The translations under genes and the position numbers were made by a program. Below are positions 1 to 9,678 of a stretch of 64,000 nt of DNA, one piece after another. Below the pieces are notes generated by a model, which worked only from the letters and a program-made list of their open reading frames with translations, ran no database searches and had not been told where the DNA came from. This DNA is from Minisyncoccota bacterium. GTDB taxonomy: Bacteria > Patescibacteriota > Minisyncoccia > Phycocordibacterales > Phycocordibacteraceae. How positions within the stretch are numbered: the stretch's first letter is position 1; every line of letters begins with the position of its first letter. The stretch is from contig JBAZXD010000001.1 of assembly GCA_041660025.1 (NCBI GenBank), forward strand, positions 40,059 through 104,058, given 5' to 3'.

Positions 1-491
1 CAGAGCTCGGAGACGCGCAATCCGGTGGAGAACAATAATTCAAGAATAGCGCTATCGCGCAGGTAATTCCGCGCCTTGTCAGGATCTTCTTCCTTCTCGA
101 ATGCTTCGCGCGGGGAACGCATAAGGCGCTCGAGCTCGGCGGAGGTGATGAGGTCGAGCTGGCGCTCGGGGAGCTTCGCGAGCTCTATCTTCTCGGGGGA
201 AATGGCGTCGATATCGCGCTTGCGGAGGAACTTCAGAAACGCGCGGAGCGCGATCATATAGTAATTCTGGGTGCGGCGTTTCATCGAGTCGGCTTTCGTG
301 CCCGGCTGACGGTTAAGCCAGAGGCGGAACTCGCGGACATTCTGTTCAGTGATGTCGCGCACATCCTTTATCTTCATCTGGCTGAAGTAGCGGGTGAGGT
401 AGCGGTCGTAATTCTCGATAGTCTTCACCGCGCGCCCGCGCTCAATCTCGATGTATTCCAGAAATTGCCTCTTCGCCGCCTCCGCATTCAT
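1..491 (-). CDS. XerC/XerD-family tyrosine recombinase (N-terminal part; runs off the window)
   Basis: Manual translation from ATG 491: MNAEAAKRQFLEYIEIERGRAVKTIENYDRYL...RDSAILELLFSTGLRVSEL, containing the catalytic Arg box (TGLRVSEL). Not in the ORF track because it is truncated. Confidence 0.9.
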   Translation of the reverse strand, partial: MNAEAAKRQFLEYIEIERGRAVKTIENYDRYLTRYFSQMKIKDVRDITEQNVREFRLWLNRQPGTKADSMKRRTQNYYMIALRAFLKFLRKRDIDAISPEKIELAKLPERQLDLITSAELERLMRSPREAFEKEEDPDKARNYLRDSAILELLFSTGLRVSEL

Positions 492-544
492 TACCTAGCA
501 GTATAGCGCGGCAAATATTGTGCGCAGTACTGATTCTGCGACAC

Positions 545-573
545 TTGCGCGTTTTCGCAAGGCGTGGTAGGGT
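545..573 (+). promoter_or_regulatory. putative sigma70 promoter of rpsO
   Basis: TTGCGC-17 bp-TAGGGT, about 10 nt before the ATG. Confidence 0.4.
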
Positions 574-583
574 AGGGGGACTC

Positions 584-850
584 ATGCTTACGACTAAGAA
601 AAAGATGGCGGTTATGAAGAGCACCGCCCGGCACGACACGGACACCGGCTCGCCGGATGTTCAGGTCGCGCTCCTCTCGAAGCAGATCGACGAGCTCGCG
701 AAGCACCTCAAGAAGAATCCGAAGGATTTCCATTCCCGCCGGGGCCTTCTCCAGATGGTCGCCGACCGCCGTATGCATCTGCGCTATCTCGAGACCTCCG
801 ACAAGCGTCGCTACAACGCGCTTATCAAGAAGCTCGGTTTGAAGAAGTAA
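584..850 (+). CDS. rpsO: 30S ribosomal protein uS15
   Basis: DTGSPDVQVALLS...HLKKNPKDFHSRRGLL motif; ATG at 584. Confidence 0.97.
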   Translation: MLTTKKKMAVMKSTARHDTDTGSPDVQVALLSKQIDELAKHLKKNPKDFHSRRGLLQMVADRRMHLRYLETSDKRRYNALIKKLGLKK

Positions 851-926
851 TTTTTCTTAATGGTAGAATGTGAGTAGTGGCGTTGCCACGAGTTTCATTA
901 TTTCGTTTCTATAAGTATTTATTTTT

Positions 927-1442
927 ATGGCAGTTATCAAACATCCAGCCCAGCGCGTCGGGGTATTCATCGACACGCAGAATCTCTATCACAGCGCCAA
1001 GCATCTCTATAAAGCGCGCGTGAACTTCGCAAAGGTCCTCGAAGAGGCCGTCGGTGGTCGCGTACTCGTGCGCGCCATCGCCTATGTCATCTCGACCGAG
1101 GCGGGTGACGAGACCAACTTCTTCGAAGCGCTCACGAAGATAGGCATCGAGACCAAGGTAAAGGGCCTCCAGGTCTTCGCCGACGGCGCGAAGAAAGCCG
1201 ACTGGGACGTCGGGCTCGCAATCGACGCGGTCAAACTCGCGCCCAAGCTCGACACAGTCATCATCGCTTCCGGCGATGGCGATTTCGTTCCGCTTATCCA
1301 GTATCTCGATATGAACGAGGGATGCCAGGTAGAGGTCATCTCCTTCGGCAAGTCTTCGTCGGGCAAATTGAAGGAAGCAGCGCACGCCTTCACCGATATG
1401 TGCGACGATCCACGCAAATTTACTATCACCTCGCGGGCATAA
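927..1442 (+). CDS. NYN domain protein (LabA/DUF88, PIN-like fold)
   Basis: VFIDTQN, KADWDVGLAIDA and SGDGDFVPL acidic motifs. Confidence 0.92.
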   Translation: MAVIKHPAQRVGVFIDTQNLYHSAKHLYKARVNFAKVLEEAVGGRVLVRAIAYVISTEAGDETNFFEALTKIGIETKVKGLQVFADGAKKADWDVGLAIDAVKLAPKLDTVIIASGDGDFVPLIQYLDMNEGCQVEVISFGKSSSGKLKEAAHAFTDMCDDPRKFTITSRA

Positions 1443-1443
1443 C
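1388..1443 (+). repeat. 56 bp direct repeat, copy 1 (attL-like; forms the current 3' end of the NYN gene)
   Basis: 53/56 identical to 2895-2950. Confidence 0.95.
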
Positions 1444-1458
1444 TAGTTCGGCAAAAGA

Positions 1459-1483
1459 AAGCCCCGCGCATTGCGCGAGGCTT
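1459..1483. terminator. hairpin/terminator between convergent genes
   Basis: AAGCCCCGCGCA-T-TGCGCGAGGCTT inverted repeat. Confidence 0.55.
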
Positions 1484-1498
1484 AATCGAAATCTGCAC

Positions 1499-1936
1499 CT
1501 AAATGACGTAAGCGAATCCATTAGAAGGTGCTTTCCAGAGACAATCGAGATCATCTGATGCCCCATCTAGCGATCCATTACGACCATAGCGGGTTATCTG
1601 CAGGAAAGGACTATCGCCCAAGACAACAATCGTAAAAAGACCCATAGCTTCAATATCCTCGTTCGAAAACTTGTCCCGAATGAGGCAAGCGACCTCCGCA
1701 GCCGATACGGACTCACCCCTTGTAAAGTTGTGACGAGGTATTACTCCGTCAAGTATGGCTACTTCCACCGTCCTGCCGAAAGTCGGCCTGAAACTATCGC
1801 TACGGAGGACATCTTTGGCGTGGAAATCAATTTCGAAGCTCTTCTTTTCCAATCGCTCAATCCATATAGGACCGGTTGTTCCGTCAGAGGTAACCCTGAG
1901 AAGGATTACGCCGTCTTGTTTCCGCCAGTTGTTCAT
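1499..1936 (-). CDS. hypothetical protein (islet cargo)
   Basis: 145 aa ORF with a strong SD (GGAGGT) and an upstream TGnTATATT -10. Confidence 0.7.
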   Translation of the reverse strand: MNNWRKQDGVILLRVTSDGTTGPIWIERLEKKSFEIDFHAKDVLRSDSFRPTFGRTVEVAILDGVIPRHNFTRGESVSAAEVACLIRDKFSNEDIEAMGLFTIVVLGDSPFLQITRYGRNGSLDGASDDLDCLWKAPSNGFAYVI

Positions 1937-2101
1937 TTAGTACCTCCGTGAATTAATGGGTAAAAGACCAGCCACCAGCCAAAATATAGCATATGACTAC
2001 ACTAAAGTCAATATAAAGTACCGCGTTTGCAATATATTTATGAAAGATGTATATTTAAAACATACACATTTAAATTAAAGGTGGTTCCCGCCACTATTTT
2101 T

Positions 2102-2884
2102 ATGGTCAATTCTGAAAACAAAGAAGAATCCGCTCTTTACACTTCTCTTAAGGAATTGGGTTTAAGCGACCCGGAAGCCAATTTATATGCTGTTTCTCTT
2201 AAGCTTGGGCCAAGCTCAATTTCTGAACTGGCAAAAAATGTGAATGTCTCTCGTCCAAATGTTTATAAAATTATAGAGGGCCTTCAGATGTATGGACTCG
2301 CATCTTTTTATGGAAAAGAGAAATACGCTCGCAACTTCATGGTTGAATCCCCGACGATTGTTTTTGAGAAACTTCAAGCAAAGAAGGAATCGTTAAATAG
2401 GCTTGGACATCAGATTGTTACTGAATTGCCTGAATTGCTTGCACTTTATCAACAGGGCGGGAAAGACACGAAAATAAAAATTCTTAAAGGGCGAGAACAA
2501 TATGTAAGAGTGTTCCTTCAAACAGCTGATGAAACAGCAAATGGAGGAGTGATTGAATTTTTTGGGTCAGCGGAGGATTTTATTGGTCTTACTGGTTGGG
2601 ACACGGAGAAAATCTGGATTAAAAAGCGTATTAAGAAAAATATTTCAGTGAAATCACTCGTTCCGCCAGGATCTGTCGCGATGCTCAAAAAGAATCAAGA
2701 GGACGAATTAAGAGAGGTAAGGATTTATAGTGGAAACTTTTCTTTTAGTACCGCTTTCGAGCTCTTTGGAAACAAAATGATCGTTTGGCAGCCCGTGGCA
2801 CCGCTAGCTGTCCTCATTGAGGATCAATATATAGTTTCTATGTTTCGCAGTATCTTTTATACCTTGTGGGGAAAGTCAAAATGA
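2102..2884 (+). CDS. TrmB-family transcriptional regulator (N-terminal wHTH)
   Basis: LKELGLSDPEANLYAVSLKLGPSSISELAKNVNVSRPNVYKIIEGL is a TrmB-type HTH; start chosen at ATG 2102. Confidence 0.85.
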   Translation: MVNSENKEESALYTSLKELGLSDPEANLYAVSLKLGPSSISELAKNVNVSRPNVYKIIEGLQMYGLASFYGKEKYARNFMVESPTIVFEKLQAKKESLNRLGHQIVTELPELLALYQQGGKDTKIKILKGREQYVRVFLQTADETANGGVIEFFGSAEDFIGLTGWDTEKIWIKKRIKKNISVKSLVPPGSVAMLKKNQEDELREVRIYSGNFSFSTAFELFGNKMIVWQPVAPLAVLIEDQYIVSMFRSIFYTLWGKSK

Positions 2885-2894
2885 TTATATGTTA

Positions 2895-2950
2895 CTTCAC
2901 CGATATGTGCGACGACCCGCGCAAATTTACCATCACCTCGCGGGCATAAC
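2895..2950 (+). repeat. 56 bp direct repeat, copy 2 (attR-like; displaced NYN 3' end)
   Basis: Encodes the same FTDMCDDPRKFTITSRA* peptide with three synonymous differences. Confidence 0.95.
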
Positions 2951-2986
2951 GCCGAGCATAGTGCGTTCGGTGCGGTACTATAGAGA

Positions 2987-4099
2987 GTGATGGACGAGCC
3001 GAAGAAATATATCCGCACATTCGCGGGAGATATGGAGACCCTGAAAAAGGGAGGCACGCCTGATCTCGCACCGTTGCGCACTGTTCCAGCTGTACCATCC
3101 GTACCGTCCGCACAGCCGCCTGTCGCGACGCTCCCCGCACAACCGCTCCCGACGCCGCCTCCGCCTGAACCACAGAAGATCGCGGAGCCGTTCCCGAGCG
3201 TCGCGCCGAAGGAGCCCGCGGCGGCGCCGCTCAAGACCTATTCGGGCGACTTTTTCGACCGGATGAAGGCGACGAAGGCTACGACCGCCACCGTGCTCGC
3301 CGCCGAACAGGATTCGGCGCCGATTATTTCGCAACCGCCCCCAGAAAAATTTTCACGCAGCAATATTCTCTACAGCATCGCGGGCGGCATACTGCTTATT
3401 GCCGGCATAGCCGGAGCGTATGTCGCGTACACGCGCTACCTCGCCGTATCCTCTCCGATATTGCCGGTCCTCACGGTCTCGGCGCCGATATTCGTCGACG
3501 AACGCGAGCAGATTTCTGGCACGGGTACTACGCTCTTTCAGGCAATCGGACAGTTAACGACGCGTCCGCTTGCGGCCGGCGCCGTCCGACTCCTCTCTCT
3601 CGACGCTACGGCCACTACCAGCGTATTCTCAGCGCTCCAGGTGCCGGCACCCAGCGTCCTACTCCGCAACGTGGTCACCGCCGGGAGTATGGCGGGCGTC
3701 GTGTCCACGGGAGGTGGAACACAAAGCCCGTTCTTCATCCTTTCGGTCGCTTCCTTCGGGGATACCTTCGCCGGTATGTTGCAGTGGGAGCCGCTTATAT
3801 TGCGCGACCTCGCCAGACTTTTCCCGCCATATCCGGCTCCGGCGATAGCGACCACGACGAGTGCGACCACGACGCTGAAGAGCACGGGGAAAACGGCTTC
3901 CACGACGCCGCCCGCGCCCGCCGCTCGCTTCGTCGATGCGATCGTCGCTAATCACGATGTCCGCGTCTATCGCGACACGCTCGGCCGGGACATCCTGCTC
4001 TACGGCTATTGGAATCAGACGACGCTCGTTATCGCGCGCGACGTCGCCGCGTTCACCGAGATCATAGGAAGACTTGCAACTTCCCGTGCACAACTCTAG
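2987..4099 (+). CDS. hypothetical single-pass membrane protein, Pro-rich N-terminus
   Basis: 370 aa ORF with one hydrophobic segment (ILYSIAGGILLIAGIAGAYVAY). Confidence 0.8.
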   Translation: MMDEPKKYIRTFAGDMETLKKGGTPDLAPLRTVPAVPSVPSAQPPVATLPAQPLPTPPPPEPQKIAEPFPSVAPKEPAAAPLKTYSGDFFDRMKATKATTATVLAAEQDSAPIISQPPPEKFSRSNILYSIAGGILLIAGIAGAYVAYTRYLAVSSPILPVLTVSAPIFVDEREQISGTGTTLFQAIGQLTTRPLAAGAVRLLSLDATATTSVFSALQVPAPSVLLRNVVTAGSMAGVVSTGGGTQSPFFILSVASFGDTFAGMLQWEPLILRDLARLFPPYPAPAIATTTSATTTLKSTGKTASTTPPAPAARFVDAIVANHDVRVYRDTLGRDILLYGYWNQTTLVIARDVAAFTEIIGRLATSRAQL

Positions 4100-4119
4100 G
4101 TGTCTGCTATTATCCCTGC

Positions 4120-4467
4120 ATGAAGACCGAACACTTCAGGAAGAAACTCTCCGCGGAGAAGGCGCGACTGGAATCAGAAATGGGAACGGTCGGTCGCCAG
4201 AATCCTGCGGTGCCCGGTGACTGGGAATCGGTCCCGTCGGAGACGGGCGTCGAATCCGACCTCGCCGACCAGGCCGACATCGTGATGAGCCGCGAGGGCA
4301 ACAGTGCTATCCTCGCCGATCTTGAAGCACGGTACGACACGGTCATCTCAGCGCTCGCGCGGCTCGAGAACGGCACGTACGGGAAGTGCGAAGTCTGCGG
4401 CAAGAAGATAGAAGAAGAGCGTCTCGAGGCCAACCCCACCGCGACGACCTGCGTCGAACATTTGTAA
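4120..4467 (+). CDS. TraR/DksA zinc-finger protein
   Basis: Coiled coil with DLADQAD, then YGKCEVCG...[11 protein letters not shown]. Confidence 0.9.
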   Translation: MKTEHFRKKLSAEKARLESEMGTVGRQNPAVPGDWESVPSETGVESDLADQADIVMSREGNSAILADLEARYDTVISALARLENGTYGKCEVCGKKIEEERLEANPTATTCVEHL

Positions 4468-4472
4468 TACTC

Positions 4473-6053
4473 ATGCCCGCGGCGCGCTCGGAATCCGCAA
4501 CAGTCCGCCCGTCCGCTCCCTTGAAGAGAGCCGCGCCGAAAAGCGGCTACGCCAAGACGCTTGCCGCACAACCGGTCGGCTCCGGCGCGGAGATCATTAC
4601 CGTCGAGGCCGACCTCACGCGCGGTTTGCATAATTTCTCGGTCGTCGGGCTCGCCGACAAGGCGGTCGATGAGGCGCGCGATCGGGTTAGCGCCGCGATA
4701 CGCCACTCCGGTCACAAGCCACCCAAACAGCAGAACAAACGTATCGTCCTCTCGCTCTCGCCAGCGGACCTGAAGAAAGAAGGCTCGCACTACGACCTCG
4801 CGCTCGCGCTTGCTTACCTCATCGCCGCCGGCGACCTCGCGCCGCTTGAAAGCGAGATGCTGTTTGCCGGCGAGCTCGCGCTCGACGGGACTCTGCGGAG
4901 CGTGCGTGGCATACTCCCGCAAGTGCTCGCCGCCAAGCGCCGCAAGGTCAAGACGATGTTCGTCCCGCCAGGAAATGCGCGCGAGGCGCTTCTCGCGGAA
5001 GGCGTGGCGATCTATGCGCCAAAGTCGCTTGCGGAACTTTTACAGCATTTGAAAGGGGAGAAGCCGCTTCCACGCCTTCTGCGCGACCGCCGCGCGCCGG
5101 TGCCGCCGCCCGCGCTCGACCTCCAGGATGTGAAAGGGCAAGAGAGTGCGAAGCGCGCACTCGAGATCGCCGCCGCCGGTCGCCACAACATCGTCTTTTA
5201 CGGCCCGCCGGGGACAGGGAAGACGATGCTCGCTCGCGCGCTCTCCGGCATCCTCCCGCCGCTCTCCGATGACGAGATGCTCGAGGTAACAGCGATACAC
5301 TCGACCGCCGGACTGCTCAAAGACGGCGAGGCAGTCTACTGGCCGCCCCTGCGCGCGCCGCACCACTCGATATCCCACGTCGCCATCGTCGGCGGGGGCA
5401 CGTTCCCGAAGGCGGGCGAGGTAACGCTCGCGCACAAGGGTGTCCTCTTCCTCGACGAATTCCCCGAGTTCGACTCCCGCACGCTCGAAGCGCTCCGTCA
5501 GCCGCTCGAAGACCGCGTCGTAACCGTCTCGCGCGCACGGGCGAGCATTACCTTCCCGGCCGACTGTATGATCGTCGCGGCGATGAATCCCGCGGACACA
5601 CTCTCCGACGACGCGCGGGTCGCCTTTCGCGCCGCGGCGAAGCAGGCGCGCCGCATCAGCCGGCCCATCGTCGACCGCCTCGACCTCTGGATCGAAGTGC
5701 CGCTCGTTCCGCACGCGACACTTGCGAAACTGAGTACCGGAGAATCGTCGGAGAGCGTCCGCGAACGCGTCGTCGGCGCGCGAGTACGGGCGGCGAAGCG
5801 AAGCGGTAAGTCAGGCGCGACGAACGCCGCGCTCTCTGGTCGTGAACTCGACGAAAAAAGTGGATTTACCCCGGAAGCGAAGGAGACGCTTACCCAGTCT
5901 GCCGCGCGCCTCAATCTCTCGCCGCGGAGCTACCACCGCACGATGCGCGTCGCGCGCACCATCGCCGACCTCGCCGGCGTCGAAGCGGTCACTCCGGCTT
6001 TCGTGCACGAGGCTCTACAATATCGCCCCCGCGGTCTCTTCGGATTTGAATGA
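4473..6053 (+). CDS. comM: YifB/ComM family Mg-chelatase-like AAA+ ATPase
   Basis: [15 protein letters not shown], Walker [27 protein letters not shown]. Confidence 0.92.
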   Translation: MPAARSESATVRPSAPLKRAAPKSGYAKTLAAQPVGSGAEIITVEADLTRGLHNFSVVGLADKAVDEARDRVSAAIRHSGHKPPKQQNKRIVLSLSPADLKKEGSHYDLALALAYLIAAGDLAPLESEMLFAGELALDGTLRSVRGILPQVLAAKRRKVKTMFVPPGNAREALLAEGVAIYAPKSLAELLQHLKGEKPLPRLLRDRRAPVPPPALDLQDVKGQESAKRALEIAAAGRHNIVFYGPPGTGKTMLARALSGILPPLSDDEMLEVTAIHSTAGLLKDGEAVYWPPLRAPHHSISHVAIVGGGTFPKAGEVTLAHKGVLFLDEFPEFDSRTLEALRQPLEDRVVTVSRARASITFPADCMIVAAMNPADTLSDDARVAFRAAAKQARRISRPIVDRLDLWIEVPLVPHATLAKLSTGESSESVRERVVGARVRAAKRSGKSGATNAALSGRELDEKSGFTPEAKETLTQSAARLNLSPRSYHRTMRVARTIADLAGVEAVTPAFVHEALQYRPRGLFGFE

Positions 6054-6060
6054 TCGATGC

Positions 6061-6097
6061 AAAAATCCCGCGATGCCGGAGGCATCGCGGGATTTTT
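6061..6097. terminator. bidirectional intrinsic terminator
   Basis: AAAAATCCCGCGATGCC-GGA-GGCATCGCGGGATTTTT. Confidence 0.85.
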
Positions 6098-6106
6098 ATA
6101 AAGAGC

Positions 6107-6189
6107 TTACTACGACGAGCGAGGGAACAAACGAATGCATTTTGTTTGTTCCTCGAGCGAGGAAGGAGAAAGCGTGCAAGTAACGCTTA
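6107..6189. repeat. structured intergenic repeat, copy A (G.A-tandem hairpin family)
   Basis: TTACTAC..CGAGCGAG-[hairpin]-CGAGCGAG..GGAGAAA-[small hairpin]-TTA; same architecture as copies at 18134, 50461, 55141 and 55226. Confidence 0.75.
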
Positions 6190-7299
6190 TTGGGGAGCAC
6201 AGACAGCGCCGACAGAGCAATTACGGAAAGGATTGGCCGCGCCGCGGACTTCGAAGTGGAGATGCGCTCCGGTTGAGAGACCGGTCGAGCCGACATAGCC
6301 GATAATCTGGCCGGACGCGACCGACTGTCCCGGCGAGACCGCGACGCTCCGCATGTGCGAATAGAGGGTCTGTGAACCATTACCGTGCGTGATAACGACG
6401 TAGTTGCCGTAGCCGCCATTCCAGCCGCCGCCGCCGCGCGCGACGATGACGGTCCCGTCGGCGGCGGCGCGGATCGTCGTGCCGCGCGAGGCGCCGAAGT
6501 CGACGCCGTTCCAGCCGTGAAGTCTCTGCGTGAGGACGGCGCCCGGGATGGGATTGCTGTAGTAGCCCGTCTGTGCGGAGCCACCACCACCCAAGAAAGG
6601 TTCGCGGATGGTGGATGACGGACGTGCGCTCGACGCGGGCGCGATGATCTCGCCGCCCGGGATGATGATGGTTGAACCGACCTTAAGAGGTTCCGCCGGA
6701 TCGAGACCGTTGAACTGAGCTATATCACCCGCATCGGCACTGTATTTCTTGGCGAGCGACTTGAGCGTATCGCCCTTCGCGATCACGCGCTCGACGCCCG
6801 AGACGGGCAGGATGACGAGCGTATCGCCCGGATGCACATCCCGCGTGCTCTTCAGATTGTTCGCCCACAGGATGGTATTTACCGAGACACCGAACATGTT
6901 CGAGATATCCGAGAGGGTATCGCCCGCGCGCACTACGTAGACCGAGATGCGGTCGGGTTGTACTGCACCCTCGACGTCCGCCAGCGTGCCGGAGGGGCCG
7001 CTATAGGAGACGAGCGCCGCACCGCCAGAGGTAGCGAGCGCTATGGGCGCCCCGGGGTTCGGGTTCCTGTTTATTGACGCCATCAATACCGGCGTCGAAG
7101 CGCTCGGGACGAGCGCATTGGTCGTTGCCGCCCCCGCATTCGTAGAAAAAGGCCAGAACGCACTTGCGTGGTTCGGCAAGATTGCGGCGGCACCTACGAC
7201 GGCCGCGAATCCGAGTATGAAGAATTGTTTGTTGAATGTAATGGGAAAACGAGGGTGTCGGCGGGTCTTTCTAATACAAAAATGGCTTACATAAGCCAT
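6187..7299 (-). CDS. LysM + M23 family peptidoglycan endopeptidase
   Basis: Two LysM repeats (YVVRAGDTLSDIS), M23 motifs NGVD and STGAHLHFEVR, N-terminal signal/TM. Confidence 0.92.
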   Translation of the reverse strand: MAYVSHFCIRKTRRHPRFPITFNKQFFILGFAAVVGAAAILPNHASAFWPFSTNAGAATTNALVPSASTPVLMASINRNPNPGAPIALATSGGAALVSYSGPSGTLADVEGAVQPDRISVYVVRAGDTLSDISNMFGVSVNTILWANNLKSTRDVHPGDTLVILPVSGVERVIAKGDTLKSLAKKYSADAGDIAQFNGLDPAEPLKVGSTIIIPGGEIIAPASSARPSSTIREPFLGGGGSAQTGYYSNPIPGAVLTQRLHGWNGVDFGASRGTTIRAAADGTVIVARGGGGWNGGYGNYVVITHGNGSQTLYSHMRSVAVSPGQSVASGQIIGYVGSTGLSTGAHLHFEVRGAANPFRNCSVGAVCAPQ

Positions 7300-7409
7300 T
7301 TCTTGCGTACTTCCATATCAGCTATACCCCGAGTATAGCCGAGGGGGGCGCTTCGTCAATGAAGCCTCTAAACGCCTGTGGAGAACGGTTTTTAGGGTAT
7401 ATTTGGAAA

Positions 7410-9341
7410 GTGAAATACCTCGACGGATTAAATGAGGCGCAAAAACGGGCTGTCCTTGCAAAGGACGGCCCGATCTCGGTCCTCGCGGGCGCCGGAAGCG
7501 GGAAAACGCGGGTGCTCACCACGCGGATATACCATCTGATACGCGAAGGCGTCGCGGCGGAGCAGATCCTCGCCGTTACCTTCACCAACAAGGCCGCCCG
7601 TGAGATGCGCGAACGGGTGCGGGGACAGCTCGGCGCGGACCCTTCGATGGACTCAGGACAGGCGGGGCCGCTCCCGTTCATCGCCACCTTCCACGGTCTT
7701 GGCCGCGAGCTCCTCGAGAGCTACGGGAAGGCGATTGGCATCTCGCGCTACTTCAGCGTCTACGACCGCGACGATTCTGAAAAGGCGATCGGCGCGGCGC
7801 TTAAGGCGCTCGATGTCGGCGCGAAGGAGCTTTCGCCGCGCGCGGTCCTCGGCCGCATCTCGCGCGAGAAGGGTGCCGGGATGCGCGCGAATGAATTTTA
7901 TGAGAAGCACGGCCGCGGGAGCTTCGGCGCGCGCGTCGTCGCGGAGGCGTGGCTTCGCTACGAGAAAACACTTGCGGCAGAGAAATCGCTCGACTTCGAC
8001 GACCTCATCGCTCTGCCCGTGCGGCTCCTCGAGGAGCACGCCGACATCCGCGCACTCGCGCAGGACCGCTGGCGCTACATCCACATCGACGAATATCAGG
8101 ACACCAATGCGCTCCAGGGACGGCTCGCGAATATGCTCGCCTCGAAACATCGGAACCTCTTCGTCGTCGGCGACATCGACCAGACTATCTACACGTGGCG
8201 CGGCGCAACGATTGAGAACCTGCTTGAATTCGACAAAACGTATCCGGATGCGCAAACGATTATTCTCGAACAGAACTATCGTTCGACGAAAAATCTCGTC
8301 GACGCCGCGAACGCGGTTATCGAGAAGAACAAGAATCGTAAGGAGAAGTATTCGACGACGAAAAAGGCAACCGGCGAGCCGATCCTTGTGCATATGGCGC
8401 GAAGCGCGGACGACGAGGCGCGCTGGATCGCGCTCCGGATACGGCAATTAATGAGCGCGGGCCAGAAACCGGAGGGGATCGCTATACTCTTCCGCACCAA
8501 CTTTCAATCCCGCGCGCTCGAGGAGGGGCTCCTGCGCGCGGGCGTGCCGTACAAGCTGCTCGGCACGCGCTTCTTCGCGCGCAAGGAGGTGAAGGATGCG
8601 CTCGCCTGGATGCGTCTTGCGATGGACTCCTCGCGCGAGGTCGACAAGCTGCGCGCGGCGGCTGCGCCGCCGCGCGGGCTCGGTAAGGTGACGCTCGCGA
8701 AGCTCGCGGCGGGCCAGCGTTCATTGCTTCGCGCCGGCGACCTTACGAAGGTCGAACAATTCGAACAGATCGTCGCAGAGCTCGCGGGCGCCTCGCTCGT
8801 CCTCTCGCCCTCCGCATTCGTAAGACTCGTCATCGAGAAGAGTGGTATACGCCGCGCGCTCTACGACGAGGGGAGCGCGGAGGACCGCGAGCGCTTCGAG
8901 AACGTCGAAGAGCTCGCCTCGGTCGCCGCACGGCACGATGCGATGCCGGGCAGAGAGGGAATCGCCGCATTTCTCGCCGAATCCGCCTTGGCGAGCGATC
9001 AGGACGAGATGGATCAGGGCGAAAAGAAAGGCGTCACGCTTATGACGGTTCATTCGGCGAAGGGACTCGAGTTCGATACGGTATTCGTGAGCGGTATGGA
9101 AGAAGGACTCTTCCCGCATCAGGGGATGGGGAATGAGGGAGATCGTGATGAAGAGGAGGAGCGACGGCTCTTCTACGTCGCAATGACGCGCGCGAAAGAG
9201 CGCCTCATCCTCACGCTCGCGCGCGTTCGCAAGATTTACGGCAGTGACTTCGCGTCGGAGCCCTCGTCATTTCTCGCGGATATCGACGGAGCGCTGATGC
9301 ACTATGACGAGACCGAAGGAGAAGAGGTTATCGAGGCCTAA
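7410..9341 (+). CDS. pcrA: ATP-dependent DNA helicase UvrD/PcrA
   Basis: AGAGSGKT, IDEYQDTN, VGDIDQTIY, LEQNYRST, TVHSAKGLEF, EERRLFYVAMTRAK; GTG start at 7410. Confidence 0.93.
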   Translation: MKYLDGLNEAQKRAVLAKDGPISVLAGAGSGKTRVLTTRIYHLIREGVAAEQILAVTFTNKAAREMRERVRGQLGADPSMDSGQAGPLPFIATFHGLGRELLESYGKAIGISRYFSVYDRDDSEKAIGAALKALDVGAKELSPRAVLGRISREKGAGMRANEFYEKHGRGSFGARVVAEAWLRYEKTLAAEKSLDFDDLIALPVRLLEEHADIRALAQDRWRYIHIDEYQDTNALQGRLANMLASKHRNLFVVGDIDQTIYTWRGATIENLLEFDKTYPDAQTIILEQNYRSTKNLVDAANAVIEKNKNRKEKYSTTKKATGEPILVHMARSADDEARWIALRIRQLMSAGQKPEGIAILFRTNFQSRALEEGLLRAGVPYKLLGTRFFARKEVKDALAWMRLAMDSSREVDKLRAAAAPPRGLGKVTLAKLAAGQRSLLRAGDLTKVEQFEQIVAELAGASLVLSPSAFVRLVIEKSGIRRALYDEGSAEDRERFENVEELASVAARHDAMPGREGIAAFLAESALASDQDEMDQGEKKGVTLMTVHSAKGLEFDTVFVSGMEEGLFPHQGMGNEGDRDEEEERRLFYVAMTRAKERLILTLARVRKIYGSDFASEPSSFLADIDGALMHYDETEGEEVIEA

Positions 9342-9658
9342 GTAGTCTCTAGTTCCGGTTCCGTGACACCGAAGTGGCTTTTGAACGACCGTTCGATGAC
9401 CTCCCGTTCTTTGGGTTTGAGGTCATGGCGACCTTCGTAGTGCGTGTCTAAGAATTTCATAGCCATATCGATGTGGTGGCTTTTCATCCCTAATTTCAAA
9501 TCCTCCTTTTTTTCCACGTGAGCGATAGCGGCTTTCAGAGCTGCATCGACGCGCGCCCTGCCGTGTTCTTGTAGACCGGCTGCATTTTGCAGGTGAGTAA
9601 ATAGTTCGCGCGGTTGTCCTCGTTCAAGATGCTCGTGCGTAAGGTTGCCGTAGTTCAT
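9338..9658 (-). CDS. hypothetical protein
   Basis: About 106 aa ORF filling the gap between pcrA and rsmA; -10-like TACAAT/AATACT just upstream. Confidence 0.6.
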   Translation of the reverse strand: MNYGNLTHEHLERGQPRELFTHLQNAAGLQEHGRARVDAALKAAIAHVEKKEDLKLGMKSHHIDMAMKFLDTHYEGRHDLKPKEREVIERSFKSHFGVTEPELETT

Positions 9659-9678
9659 ATAACCAGTATTGTACACCT

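Larger units (their letters stand above)
1444..2894. mobile_element. small AT-rich genomic islet (two ORFs) inserted in the NYN gene 3' end
   Basis: Bounded by the 56 bp direct repeat; visibly AT-richer than the flanks; no integrase inside. Confidence 0.75.

Noticed and set aside
1-491. Tyrosine recombinase as the integrase of the nearby islet
   Set aside because: It lies outside the repeats, has host-like codon usage and looks like the housekeeping Xer protein; a link cannot be supported from the sequence.
1388-2950. 56 bp repeat at a gene 3' end as a DGR VR/TR pair
   Set aside because: Differences (T/C, A/G, T/C) are not adenine-specific on either strand, all are synonymous, and no reverse transcriptase is present.
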